A stretch of DNA of 64,000 nucleotides from Rhodosorus marinus CCMP1338. Its lineage: Eukaryota; Plantae; Rhodophyta. The stretch lies in assembly GCA_029953675.1 (NCBI GenBank), contig JAMWBK010000001.1, positions 62,001-126,000 on the forward strand. Reading direction: 5' to 3'. Below, in pieces: positions 27,369 through 40,329 of this stretch. Within the stretch, counting starts at the first letter, position 1. Each line of letters begins with the position of its first letter. The notes beneath the pieces are model-generated. The model was not told the DNA's origin and ran no database searches. It saw only the letters and a program-made list of their open reading frames with translations. The translations under genes and the position numbers were made by a program.

Positions 27369-28091
27369 ATGTCTTGTCCACCGGCAGCTTCATTTTTTGG
27401 TTTCATGGGAGCGACTGCGGCGGTGGTCTTCTCCAACTTGGGCGCCGCGTATGGAACTGCAAAGTCTGGAGTTGGAGTTGCGTCGATGGGTGTGATGAGA
27501 CCTGAGCTGGTGATGAGATCGATCATCCCGGTTGTTATGGCTGGTGTTCTCGGTATCTACGGTTTGATTGTGGCGGTCATTCTGGTTGGTCAAGTGACCG
27601 AGGGGGGTGAGTCGATCTTGATCGGGAAGCACTGACCTGCTGCTTCGTTCTGTTGTATCCTGTGAAGATGGGGTTTATCTTAGTGAACTAAACGTCGCGT
27701 TGCGGATGCAACTTTCCACGTGTATAGATTATCCCTATTTCTCGGGCTTTGCACATCTCGCATCAGGACTTTCCAACGGACTTTCAGGACTTGCCGCAGG
27801 TATTTGTATCGGAATCGTCGGTGACGCTGGAGTCAGGGCCACGGCACAGCAGCCGAAGCTTTTTGTCGGTAAGTGCTGTGGGCGGTGAAGGGCAGTGACT
27901 GTATCGATGACTGGGACAACAATGCGGTCCCTACACTAACTCTCATTGGGAGCAGAATCCTTACCTTCTTTGTTTCCTGTCTTCGCGTCCATGCAGGTGT
28001 TATCCTGATTCTTATCTTCGCGGAAGCGCTTGCCTTGTACGGTCTCATTGTCGCCCTCATTCTCGCCGGAAAGAACGGTACAACGTGTTAG
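27369..28091 (+). CDS. V-type H+-ATPase proteolipid subunit c, 3 exons
   Basis: Exons 27369-27606, 27728-27868 and 27997-28091. [61 protein letters not shown] with the conserved Glu. Confidence 0.96.
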
Positions 28092-28537
28092 AACCTTTCG
28101 TAGCTAGTTTTCACGTGCCGTTTCAGGCCAGGTAAATTTGTGCTTGGAATACACGCAGAAAAAACCGAAAAGAAGAGAATATTGCACAACCCCAAAAAAC
28201 CCTGGATCCGCTCCACGAGGAGAACCTCACATTTTCATCGATGTTGATCACCGTCTTTCAATTCCACCAGTAATGAGGGAATGACAAATCCACAGCACTT
28301 TGCTCACGATCTGCAGAGAACACCTTGTTTTCCGTCCACCAAGGTGGGAAGGAAACAGTATATCGCTGGCACGTTAGCGCATCCGCAAGAGACCGTGAAT
28401 GGCTAGTTCTGATTCACAACGGAAGTAGCCCTTTAATCTCCTCTGTCGGTCTTGTTGGGAGGTGGATGAGAAGAGCCGATCCTGAAGAGATGGAATCCAT
28501 GCGATGATAGACGTACTTGCCTGAAAAGCGAAGCACA

Positions 28538-29828
28538 ATGCCGGTACTGACTGTGTTGGAGTTTTTCCATGGGATCGGTGGCCTGCGTGCGGGTCTCGAG
28601 AAGGCAGAGCAAGTACACTCAAACGAATCTGGGCCTAGATCTTCCATACCTCGAGACTTGCTAATCATCGATCACGAACATGTCTTTCTCCTCAATTTTT
28701 CCAGGAAATCGCGCTACCAGTTGTTACGGAAGTCACCGCAGCGTTCGACATAAGCTCGATCTGCGCAGATACGTACAACCACAATTTCGAGCCTGGAAAG
28801 TATGCGGCTTTGAAAACGGAACGCTTCATTTCAGAAGACGTCGAAGGTGTTTTATTCTAATCCTCGCATTCCAACGCTTGTACACCAGAAGGACTTTCAC
28901 AAGAGACGTAAAATCACTACCAGACAGCTTCTTCATCGAGAACCGCTCAGATCTTTGGACGATGTCACCTCCTTGCCAGCCGTACACCAAGCGAGGAAAG
29001 GAACTGGACGCAGCTGACCCCCGAGCAGCTGGCTTGAAGCGGTTAACGAATGTTCTGCGAACATGCCCATCTGCCGCGCTTCCGTTTGGCATTCTCTTGG
29101 AGAATGTCCCAGGTTTCGAGTCTTCTCACTCACTCAGTGAACTACAAGACAGCTTGAGAATCCGCGGGTTCTCGTTCGTGAAGCATGAGCTCTGTCCTAC
29201 CCAGTTTGAGATACCGAACAAAAGAAAAAGGTTCTACCTTGTCGCAGTCAAGTCGACGAAGTCTAACATACTTGGAACAGCCCGCGACCCCCCAGGAGGA
29301 CACACGGAGCGTCGCCTCGAAGAATTTTTGTTCGGAGATCCTGAGAGAGACTATTATGAGGAGGAGTACAAACTCCCTGCTCATTACCTCCGGTATCAAG
29401 CTGCTCTGGATGTTGTCACCCAGTCTAGTACGGAGTCCGATTGCTTTACTGGTGCGTACGGGAGGTGAGCATGAGACACTTGATGAGCAAACAGTGCATT
29501 GGATGAAGGATGATAACTTGTCCGATCGGATCCGAAAAGATAACTTGCTTAGCGGAAAACGTCCTGAGATTATGTTACGGCACATTTGCCTTCCAGGTAT
29601 GCGAAGGGAAGCGGAAGCGTGTTGAGCTGCGGAAGCCATGGCATGAGGTTGTTTTCATCGAAGGAGATCACTCGACTACACGACTTTCCAGAGCTCTTCG
29701 AGTACCCGCAGCACGTCAGCGAGTTAAAGAGGTACCAGCTTGTAGGAAACAGCGTCAATGTCAGGGTTGTCGCCGCGCTTAGCAAGGACTTGCTCTACGC
29801 CGCGGCTCAAGCTTCGCAGAGTTCATGA
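28538..29828 (+). CDS. DNMT2: DNMT2/TRDMT1 tRNA (cytosine-C5) methyltransferase, 4 exons
   Basis: Exons 28538-28612, 28705-28799, 28889-29464 and 29597-29828. EFFHGIGG (motif I), MSPPCQPYT (catalytic Cys), LENVPGF, PNKRKRFY, DNMT2-type CFTGAYGRY, RYQLVGNSVNV. Confidence 0.92.
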
Positions 29829-30200
29829 CGAGATTCGAAGAGCTGCAGAATCCTAGGACAAAGGGGACAGATCTCGAGAACGCTGAGGGCCTCCTGGCTC
29901 AGAGCAAGCGAGCAATTAGTTTCCAGCTGAATTGATACGATCCCTTCCCAGGAATGGATCATGTGATTCGTCACAAGCGCTGACTTAGTCTGCGAAATGC
30001 AAAAATTAATGCGCCGCTTGCGTACTGCCGTTCATACCATTGAGCCAGCTTTTTGGGTTGAATCGTACGCCGCCCTTTCGCGCTCGTCGTCAACTGGAGC
30101 CTTTACGCTTAGTTTGCGAAGGAACGCCCGCTTCGTTTTCAACGGAGAGAGAAGGGAAGGGCTGGCGATTAAACAGAAAACTGCAGGACGCCCTTTTTAT

Positions 30201-31839
30201 CTACGGTTGGAACTCGGTATGCCTATGTGGCGGGACAATATAATTACAAACTAGGCATTCAACGATCCAGTCCCAGGTGACCGGGATCATCTGACCTCGG
30301 TTGACGAATTTTCGTAAATGCATCGGCGGTGTTCTGTCCGTGGCGAGGTACATAGGGTCGTCCGCCGTGCAGACGAGTGAAGGTCTACTTAATACATGGG
30401 CCCCAGCTATGAACAGGATGCTCTCTGTTCTATTGCGTGCTGCCAGTGTCTTCATCTGAACAAGGAAGCACATCCTCGCGAATACCCGATCAGTGGGTGG
30501 GGTTGCCGTAGGAAACAATGAGCTGGTTGTGGTGAAGGATTTCGGAGCCTTCTCTGTCTTTGCGGTTCCTGGAGAGATGTGGTAGCTGGTGGGTTGTCGA
30601 AACAAGTACGGCTTAGACCTCAAAAATACAGCCGAGACCCGATCCATACCCGGCAACTTACCTCTTCGTACTGACCACGCTCCTCTGCTCTGCACAGGCT
30701 GCAACCCAGGCCATACTCAGAATAGGCAGTCGCGCGGCAAGAGCGTGCAGAAATTTCTCGGTTCTTGATGGGGACTCTGCGATTAAAACTACCGCCACCC
30801 CGCCATCCTCGATGGCCTCTACAAAGTCTCCTACATTCTCAAGTATCATGCCTCCCAGCCGAGCAACCTCCTCATGTAGATATCCTTTCGAAGCTTTCCT
30901 TGCAAGGCTGTCCTTGTTCAGAGTCATCCCAAACCTGATCCCATTAAATACACGTCCCTCACTTTCCTCACCCTCCATTCGGACTTTCTTCGTTCGCCGC
31001 CTACCTGTCCGCGCACCAACCCATCCCGTCAATCCGGATGGGGGGCGTGCACCCTTCTTCGAAAGCTCAAGCTGAGCATTTCTAAGCTCCATGACCTTAT
31101 TTGATGGCATCAGAGTCTCGTCAGCTTGCTCTACTCTGCCACTCCGCGTCCTCTTTCGGCGTACGAGTCGAGTCTCCTTTTGATGGATTTCAGTAGCGTG
31201 CAAGGTTCCTGCGACTTGCTTGCCGTTTTCCGTTTGGGAAACGACTAGATCTGATGCTGTCTGTGCGTCGAAGGTATCAGACTCCTTTGCCGTTTCCATC
31301 ACTAGTATCTCATCCTGCGTTTGAGTTTTGATTTCGACTTGATATTTCGCCGCAGCAGCCGTTGCCTTGTGGTCCTGCTTTGGTTCTTCTTTGATGGTCT
31401 GCTGGACTTGGATTGTGGAGTTGACTGACTGTGGAGGCTGTATTTGGCTCTCATAATTCGCTTCAGATGCTGTCATTCCGGTTGCCGCAAAGTCCGGAGC
31501 AGTTCCTTCCGTTTCTGCCAGGACAGGGTTCGGGCCCTCACCCCTGCAATCATCCGTCAAACCGGTGTCCGTGTCCTCCACCACAGTATCAACCAGCTTC
31601 CTACTCACACGATCAGCTACTTTTACTTGCTTGGAATTTGACCCTCTTTGGCTACCCATCTCGGCCACCGCAGCCGTACTAATTTCTACCTGCACAATAT
31701 CCGCAACGTTCGTTGACAATGTCAACCTCGCAGACGGGATCGGTAAACTACTCGGCACCACATCATCAGCTGAGATACCACTGCCAGTCTCTTTAGGACT
31801 TGGGGTCCCCTCAACTTCTTCCGACATCGAGTCTTCCAC
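30201..31839 (-). CDS. C-terminal tandem-BRCT protein (53BP1/Rad9/Crb2-like checkpoint mediator), 2 exons
   Basis: Exons 31839-30662 and 30585-30201 (76-bp gtaagt..cag intron). Long acidic low-complexity N-terminus. BRCT1 ..LIAESPSRTEKFLHALAARLPILSMAWVAAC; BRCT2 ..VTWDWIVECLV. Confidence 0.75.
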
Positions 31840-34800
31840 TCCAGTGCATCTTCTTCAAACCCGCACTTTCGCGTCAACCACGTTGGGCAGCAATGTGCAA
31901 ACCTCCAACGCTGTGCCGTCAATACAAATTCTACTCCGGTGGCAAGCGCTTAGAATAGAGCCATCACTCGTTTCGCTGCACCTTGGCCGGCTTAGAAGCC
32001 CATAATCAATGTTCACTGAAGCTGCCTTTGACGAACGCGCTCAACGATGAAAACTCTGCTGCTCCCAAGCCAAGAGCTGGAGGACAACCTTTACCACGGC
32101 TCGCGTGGCTGAGCATGGAGTCCGATTGAGTTGGAGGTAGAGGAATAGACTTTGCATTGCAACAAGAAATAGGTACAGGAAAGCTTGTTGGTAAAGTCAG
32201 GGTTGTCGTTCATGTGTGAGCTCTAGTGCTTCGACTCAATTTGTTCATTGAGTACGATCGAAGTCTGTGCTAAAACAACTGCCTGAGCAGTTACTCAGAA
32301 TCATTGCCACCATGTGGCTGAGAGTCATGAGCAGACAGAATTGGAATAATTCGCTCGATAAATTGGCCAACGACGTGCAGCTTATTAGCTATGCCGCACT
32401 GACCAAAACCTCCCGACGAAGTGGCTAGAGCACCGCGTCTATCCACCGCACGCCGGCACTGGCAAAGCCAGAGCAGCCTCCAGAAAGAGCAGCAAAGAAG
32501 GACAAGTCGGATCCCGGTAGGATTTCGGAAATGCCAGTATACGATAGAGATACCCCTCACTCCGACCAACAGACAACTCTTCGAATCAATGGTATCTTCT
32601 GGTCAGAAGAGTCCTTGTTCAGAGCGTAGATACTCGCAGTGGACAAATCCACCGGAGGTCGGAGATTACGGGCATCCATAAGATGATCTTCATCGTCGTG
32701 AAATCTGTGATGAAGTCGAGAAGCTACCTTTGAGTAGCGACAAACAACCCGAAGCGAAAATGATTGCATACATGCTTAATGACTAACATCAAGAAAATGA
32801 TTGATGAAAATAGATTGAACTTAAGCAAAAATGATTAGATTTTGTGGTTTTTCAATTGGCCGTGATCGAGCAGAACTGCTCAGCTTGTCTCCAGCTACCA
32901 TTTGAATACGGATGCGCGAAATGCGAGAAAGACGAGTGGTGGTCCAGGACTCCTGTTTCCCACTCTGTTCCTTGTTCGTTCATGCTTTTCTTCAGAGTTT
33001 CGGCTATGTTCCTTGTGCGCGAGTAGGTTGATGTTTGAGAGTTGTGGTTGGAACTTTCTACAGAACGGACTTTTGTTTCTTTGATGGCCCTGAGAGGCAC
33101 GCGTTCATTCAAAAATACCGGCACGATGGTCGATTTGGAAGCCAAGCCTTCGAAGTTGCTTGGGCTGTGCTATCGGGTCCATACATTCTGAAACTCGCAC
33201 CTCCAACAATACTGAAATGGAGAACGCAGTTCGAATTCAGTTCTTCTATGCAAACCCCAGAACAAACACGTTGGTCGTCCGGTTGGAAATGTCTTGCTCA
33301 TCCGGGCCGATCGTCTCCGCCAAATCTTGTAACGTCATCGCAAAGTGTGCTGTCGACTTATTTTCAGGATCCTCCACGCACGTACAAAAAGCATTCCCCA
33401 CTGAATTACAACTCGGCCATCCTGGAGCACTACCATGAAATTTCGCAACGATGTGGAACCTGCAAAATCCGGGACATCTCCACTGGATTTTACGTTGCAG
33501 CAACATACAGACCACCAGCGCTCCGCTAAATTGTCAAGGGGAACGGTGCGAGAGAAAACATGCCGCCACACCAAGGTCGTTGAATAACCGAACTGATCGA
33601 AATTCAGCGTTTCCCGGTAAAACAACAGTTACACTTATCTTTTTGCTTCAATTTCGACTTTTTCGAATTTAGTGTTGGAATGTGTTAGCAGTGGCTGGGT
33701 TAGACTTGCGTACGGTTCGGCTACACTGTTGGGGTTACGCAGCCCCAGGGCTTGAGGTAGCAGCAGTAAACAAAATCTGATAGTCAAAACCCCGTCTCAA
33801 TCAACGTCGGATTTTGCTTCTCCAATCCTCCAGTCAGCATCATAGAAAAAACAGCGACCATGGTTTCACTATGGATCCATACAAAACCCCTGGTTCGCAG
33901 TCGATTGGGGAAACGTTTCTGAATGAACAGGGAACAACGTTCTCGAGTCACAGCCGACTCGGTTCAACAGCTTTCCAACGCAAAACTTTTGTTCTCCGGC
34001 TTGAAGTTGGCCGGGTTGGAAGGCGTTCGTTGCTTTGCGCGGATTTAAGTTGTTGCCCAAGCCACGTAGTATAACTTGAATACGAGCTAAGAAAACGTTC
34101 TTACCCGTTGGTTTGTGCTAACGCTGTGAGATTTGGAAGTTGAGAAATTTGTTTAACAACGTTCCGCTCTCTTCATAAAAACGTCTTGGCAAAACTGCTT
34201 TTCCTATGTTGCTAAACACCACGTAGGAACCCATAACGTGTCCTGCTCTGCTATCGGCGGGGGCTGGGGCAGTTCCGTTCGAGACATGATTCCTACCCCA
34301 ATCGCCAGCTGACCCCATATTTACCTCCATAAACGGGGTGGTCCTAGGACTGTATATATGGAGGATGCATACTCAGGTCAACAAAAAAATTCGAATGTGG
34401 ATCGAACCTCAGACTGCGGGGGACTCAATTTTTTCTCGGTGTCTGGAACTGATGATTTGGAGAGTGCTTCGCAACCACTTTCAATTTTCAACACGATTTT
34501 TTTGGTAGGCAATTGATCTGACGAGCTGGGTCGGTGTCAACAAATTCCTCCCTCACACGCTCCCCACCAAATTTCTTCATTTCCGACATGAATATCAAGC
34601 ACAGGGTCATGTGTAGTTGTCGAATCATAAACCCACAAGAGACAACTTAAAAATACAACCAAAATGAGTTAGGGACATATGTACGGAATCATTCCTCCAG
34701 AGCATAATCTATATCGCGACAGGTCAATAAAAAAGAATTTTCAGACAATCCTTGGTATATTTTTGCGAATATCCCAAATTAAGATATATTTTTCTAGATC

Positions 34801-36447
34801 AGCGTCTTAACTTATCGTCCTTTTTCTCATCCAGTTCCATTTCGCAACCGCCCTCTGGGCTTTTTGTACTGGTTTTGTTCTTTGGAAATAATATCAGTTT
34901 TTTGATCGCTTGTCTACGGTGAAGAATAAATTGTATTCTATTTAAGGTCAGGAACGACCTTCACCTCCGGAAAGGGGAAAAACAAACTCCAATCATCAAT
35001 TTAAGGAAGACACTAATTTACTCTAAATCATGAATAAATGAAGATTCCTTGAACCCCTTGAACCCGAGACAAAAAGACCCAACCGCAGTTTTTGATAAAA
35101 TTAAGTGGTTCATGATTTGGATCAAGCCAATAGTAGACGAGTAGCCAGCCCGCTCAACCACCCCTGAATTCTTTTCCATAAGTCGAAGTTGACGAAGGGA
35201 ACCGAAAAATCATCTGTAAAATGTTACGATCAATGTGATACTTCAAACTGAAGCTAAAAACGTCTGGTTCTCCATGGCCTCAATGATTTACGCGATAGAC
35301 AGTCGACGTTGGGGCTTATGGTAAATATTGCTGGGCCCAAATCGACGGAAAGCTGCATTGGTCTCCAAGAGCCTTTTGTAACTAGCGAAATCAGTTAATT
35401 CTAGACGGCAATCAATTTCATAGGGGGGTTTTTTTTTTATTGCTCTATTCCAAAAAGCTCGCAGAACACCGTATGCCATTCAAAAACAGAAACCTTCACC
35501 CCCCAGTGAGTGGTGTCCATGAACATACCGCTCGCAGGTCAACCCTGGCTAGTCTGAGGGTGCAGGAAGCAAGATATTTTGATACTCCCGGAGAAGAGAA
35601 AGCAACACCGAACGTGTTTTTCATGTTTGGTGAAAAAAAGAACAGTTTAACACCAGCTTAGTTACGGCTTAAAATTAACCCCCTTTGGAAACAACCAATC
35701 ATCGTCGATGGAAAATTAGTTGGTTACCCATGGATCTGAGCAAACCCTTCGTGTTCGACGGAAAATATTTTCGTTTTTCCGTTCTGCTCTCGAATTCATC
35801 CAGAAAGACACTACCCAATGAGAATCGCAAGTTCGGGTTTGAAGTCTTCTGTTCATCGATCTACTATCATAATCGTTGATACCAAGGACAAGTATTATCC
35901 CTTTTCTCTGATCGCTTGCACAGTTCCTATACTCCCCCCCTCTCCCTCGCGCCCCCCCCACCCCGTCCAACCCGCCGCCGTGAAATGCCGCACAGAAAAA
36001 ACAAAGGCGAGAGACTCCAAGGACTTGGACTCCCGCCCCCTCCGCTTCTCCCGGATTCATGTTATCATAGATTCCAATTTTTCCACCAGTTCCACTTGGG
36101 TACTGCTTGTCAGTTTGAACTCCTCGAGCCCTCCCCTTGCGAGCACTGGACTTCGTGAGGAAATCCTCCAAGCCCGAGAAACCGCTGGCATTTGGTGCAA
36201 GATCGGAATTCTCCACGGCTGACCCAGCGGTGCGGAGAGGAATTGACAAATTCTGCAGCTTGGATCCGAATTAGCAAGCTAGGGAATCGGTGGCTCAGAA
36301 CCCTGCCCTAAGTCACCAATCCCACAGCATACACTGTTCGACACCCCAGAGGTTGCGGAAGTGGCCATGATTGCCCAAAGATGATAAGGCTACCAGTAGT
36401 TGCTAAAGCCCTTATATAATTTTCAAATTTGTGGCAGCCTCGTGACA

Positions 36448-36603
36448 ATGGCTTCTATACCCATCCGATTCTCTGAGGTGGTCAAAATTATCCGCTTGTT
36501 CACCTGGCCCTCGTAGTGTGACACGACGGGCTTCCAAGATATATACGAAAGCCTGGGAATCATCCATTCAGAAAGATATTGGCACCATCGTTCAAGAGGT
36601 TAA
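36448..36603 (+). mobile_element. Possible Ty3/Gypsy integrase-core relic
   Basis: One frame reads EVVKIIRLFTWPS*CDTTGFQDIYESLGIIHSERYWHHRSRG*, resembling the IVRLHG.P.SIVSDRG..F...L...LGI.H.....YHPQ..G pattern. Short and degenerate. Confidence 0.3.
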
Positions 36604-37809
36604 AACATGATGGGGTGGATTGGATCAAGATGGAGGTCGCAATGCCTTTCTCAACCGTTCGACTTTGATCGGAAACAAACGCCAAGAATGTGAATTGCTT
36701 TGAATTTTAAAGGGACTGAGTCGACCCCCCCAGTCGACCCCTACAAAGAACCAAGAAACCCCCCCCCAAAATATTACCCCTTTTGTTTAGCCATCCAAGA
36801 AAAATCGTTGCCGTGAAATACATCAGTTGACGATCCAGCATCAATAAAATAACTACGATTCAATTATTTGAGCGGACGCACCATGTGCATTCTCTTCGTA
36901 CCCGCTTTCAAAAGGGACCAACTGGATGAAAAAATAAATGAAAACAGTATTTTCTATTATATTCATTCTCCTACAGAGTTTTCGATTATTCTTATTGGTT
37001 ACGGCAGTATAGATTACAGAAGAAATAAGCCGCAACGAGGATCGCGACTCCATACAATTCAATTTTACAAAATATATCGAAGGCATTCATGAATTTCGGA
37101 ATAAAAACTAAGCAGGGAACCGGGGCTGGATCGGTTCAAATTGTTTTGTATTCAGGTGTTGAAGACCTCGTCATTTGTTTGTCAATTCCATGCTTGGAAA
37201 CAAATCGGCGAAAGAATCCAATACCGTCTTTAGATTTTACGAATTTTCAAAGGTTATGTCAATTGCGAGTGTTGCTACCAATCAACCGCTGTGCTTTTCT
37301 AGTATGCTTTTCGGTTAAAAAGCCGTTTTCGTGTTGACCCGAGTGCTTAGTCCAGCTTCTGCTAGGTCCCGGGAAGAGCAGTGAGGGGGGTTGTAGAAAT
37401 GTGAAATTAGCTGCGAAACTCGTTTTCAATACTAATTAACGCATTTTCACGTGGCAAGACTAACGTAACGTAACCCCAGACTAAGCGTTCCAGTTCGAGC
37501 CATGCAAGGTTACCAGGAACTTTGGAAAGGGCTCGACTATATATGTTGACGGGAAGCTAAGTCGTCAAGCTTTGCTTCCTCGCAGCGGTTGGCCAAACGA
37601 GCTAAGGGCAACCAGGTGGTAGAAGGACATTTTCGGGACTTGCTCTTTAGGGGTTCGACTGTGGTTGAATTTTGGTATGGTTGGTGGCAAGAGCTGATGC
37701 CATAGTACGAGCTGGGAAGTTTGCTAGGCTTGCCTCGCAAAATCTTCGTGTGAGTCTGAGGGCTCTATAGCTTCAGGTGTCTGTTGGTAGTAGACTGGAA
37801 ACAAGCAAC

Positions 37810-40329
37810 ATGGGAGCGATTACTTTCTCATCAATTTCGGCCGTCTTGTTGATGATGATGGCAGTTGGGGCGGTTGATGTCGAGGTTGATTTGTATTGCC
37901 CCCAATCGATCGGAGGGGAGACCCAATGGACGCCCGACAAGTATAACTCCGGGCACTGGACAGTACAGGGGAGTGGGATGTCGACGTCAAGCTTAACGTA
38001 CTTGATGAAAAACCTCGGCGCGACAGAGGGAAGAACCGGAAGGGGCGTATTTAGAAGGGGAGATCCTAGTGCTATTAAGACCCTCAGCTCCAGTAAACTC
38101 GAGCCAAGGGCGGCTTTCAATGAAAAGCTCTGCACAAGGGGCTATCCGTGCCAGAGTCTTGGTGGATCTGACGAGATTGTGATGGCGGATGGGGGCGAGC
38201 TTCTGGACTACATTGAGGAGAACAATATCTCCGATAAAAGATTTGGGGAATACACGGCACTGTTCCTTCCTATGCTACAGAACAAGCAGGCGAACGTTAA
38301 GTGCCCAAAGTACTTGGAACCGGTCAACGAAGGGATGGTGTACAAGGACCCCAAGAGGTATATGAGCAACCCACCGAATTCACTGCGAAAAGCGGCGTTT
38401 ACCAGGATCGCCAAGTTTCATAAGGCAGTCTGCGACGTCGTGAATTCCAAGCTGAGCAATAGTGGCTGCAACACCCTATGTGGTGGGTGGGCTTCTGGTT
38501 GGTCGGATCTCGTGAGACAGAGGTTTTTGGCGTATGAGAATAGACTGGTACCCTTTACGAAGGAAGCTGGACGTTCGATGAAGTTTTTCTCCTTTCACAC
38601 ATATGACTCATACAAGCAGAGCGCGGGCGAAGTACTAATGCAAGGCGGGCATCAGGAAGGATTGATGGATTTGGTATGGACGCACACGAGAAATGAACTG
38701 GGCAAGCCGATGCCGATCGTATTCAGCGAATTTGGTGCTGGCTCCAACGAGGTCTGGTTCGTATCATCGAACGGAAAGGTCAAGAGTCAGAAGCTCAAAA
38801 CCGCGAGACCTTACTGCGCCACACGAGACTGGGCGATTCTCAACTCATTCACAGGAATGATGTCCCAGTTCTCGGCTCATCCAGACCTGATTCTGAAGAC
38901 AGTTGCCTTCGTGCATGAAGCGACCTACGACGCAAAGGGGAACCCATACCCATGGAGTTTAGAGAGAAAAGTGAATGGGAAGACTGTTTGGACTCATCTC
39001 ATCAAATTCTTCGAAATTATGGCAGGCGTGAAGGGGCACTACTACCGAGTTACTACCAAGAACACCAAAGTTCAAGTTCACCTGCTGAGGAACGGCAACA
39101 CATTCTGGGTAATGATGAAGAATTTTTCGAGGAACAATCAAAATCTCAACCTCGATTTCATCGATGGACTTCCGACATTGGGCTCTGGCAGTGAGTTGAG
39201 AAGCTTGCGCCTCAAGGCCTCATCGAGTACCGTCCAGTGCGCGAGAGAGCATAAGCTTCCCTGGTCCGGCGTACCGGACCTCTCCACTCGGAAGCTCGGC
39301 AGCGCATCAGACGTCCAGAAGCTTATGAACAATTACGAGATGACAGGAATGGAGTTTGCAATACTCAAGCTCCCCTTGCGAGTTTCACCAAAGCCCAGGA
39401 GAAGTTCCGTGGTGAAGCGGCATTTTAGCAACCGCGAAGTTGTGAAAGTCTTTCAAAGCTATGGAAAGTCGAGCACGGGCACGGAGAAGTTCACCTTTAA
39501 TAACCTGCCAAGTGGAACAGGCAACGTCAAAGTAAGGGTAGCAGTCGGTGGCTACAGCGAAGTTCTGAAGGTGAAATGCGATGCAACGCTGAACGGAGTC
39601 AAGCTCTCGAGACCAGATAGTTCTTTCGGGCCGGAAAATGGCGCTGAGTCCCGATGGATGATGTTCGAATACCACGCGTCCATGGCTATTGTTAAGAGTA
39701 GTTCAGTTGTCGCTGTGACATGTAGCTGCAACTGCAACAAATTCACGGGGCACGTTAGCTCGGTTACCATGCTCACGGAGCAGCTAACTGGAGGGGGTGG
39801 TTCTATTGTTGTGCCAGAGCCCGAGGACGATGATGACGAGGTCGATGTGCCAACGAAGCCCGATGTCGGTGGTGGTAACAACAAAGGCGATAGCGGGAAA
39901 GATGATGACAAGAACGATGGGGGTGGTTTAACTCCCTTCTCTGGGAGTTTCAAGAATGGAGACTTTGAAAATGGTCTGTCTGGATGGACCAAGTCATCGG
40001 CGAGGAAAGTCAAGCTTAGCAAGACCGCAAGCAAAGGAAAAGGGGCGATGCTTATCCGAGGTGTAGCCTCTGCGAAGCAGGTCTTTAGGGTGACAAGCCG
40101 GAAACGCGTAGCCGTATCAGTGGACATGAAGATCAATAGCAAGAAGGACAAGTGCGAGATTCGGATAGTGCAAGGCGAAAAGGTTATTGCACGTCAAGCT
40201 CAGCGGAAGAATGGTTGGGGTCGGAAGACATTGTACTTCAAGGCCAGCGGTGCCGTTGACATTCTACTCTACTCTGGCAGCTCGAGTAGCAAGTGCTTGT
40301 TCGATGAGATTTCAATCAAGCAGAAATAA
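37810..40329 (+). CDS. Secreted glycoside hydrolase family 86 (beta-porphyranase/beta-agarase-like) with C-terminal CBM4/9-like module
   Basis: Intronless, ATG at 37810 (839 aa). Signal peptide MGAITFSSISAVLLMMMAVGA. GH-A-type EPVNE and FSEFG glutamates, SFHTYD, RDWAILNSF..MMSQF..HPDLILK and THLIKFFE..GVKG match the GH86 pattern as recalled. Acidic/Gly linker, then NGDFENGLSGWT module. Confidence 0.8.
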   Translation: MGAITFSSISAVLLMMMAVGAVDVEVDLYCPQSIGGETQWTPDKYNSGHWTVQGSGMSTSSLTYLMKNLGATEGRTGRGVFRRGDPSAIKTLSSSKLEPRAAFNEKLCTRGYPCQSLGGSDEIVMADGGELLDYIEENNISDKRFGEYTALFLPMLQNKQANVKCPKYLEPVNEGMVYKDPKRYMSNPPNSLRKAAFTRIAKFHKAVCDVVNSKLSNSGCNTLCGGWASGWSDLVRQRFLAYENRLVPFTKEAGRSMKFFSFHTYDSYKQSAGEVLMQGGHQEGLMDLVWTHTRNELGKPMPIVFSEFGAGSNEVWFVSSNGKVKSQKLKTARPYCATRDWAILNSFTGMMSQFSAHPDLILKTVAFVHEATYDAKGNPYPWSLERKVNGKTVWTHLIKFFEIMAGVKGHYYRVTTKNTKVQVHLLRNGNTFWVMMKNFSRNNQNLNLDFIDGLPTLGSGSELRSLRLKASSSTVQCAREHKLPWSGVPDLSTRKLGSASDVQKLMNNYEMTGMEFAILKLPLRVSPKPRRSSVVKRHFSNREVVKVFQSYGKSSTGTEKFTFNNLPSGTGNVKVRVAVGGYSEVLKVKCDATLNGVKLSRPDSSFGPENGAESRWMMFEYHASMAIVKSSSVVAVTCSCNCNKFTGHVSSVTMLTEQLTGGGGSIVVPEPEDDDDEVDVPTKPDVGGGNNKGDSGKDDDKNDGGGLTPFSGSFKNGDFENGLSGWTKSSARKVKLSKTASKGKGAMLIRGVASAKQVFRVTSRKRVAVSVDMKINSKKDKCEIRIVQGEKVIARQAQRKNGWGRKTLYFKASGAVDILLYSGSSSSKCLFDEISIKQK

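Noticed and set aside
32291-34330. Scattered 60-160-aa ORFs, some in frame across single stops
   Set aside because: May be a decayed gene or TE, but no family motif was recognised.
34385-34430. Minus-strand GGTTCGATCC (tRNA T-loop/B-box-like) followed by a T run
   Set aside because: Flanking bases do not form a T-stem or cloverleaf; not a tRNA.
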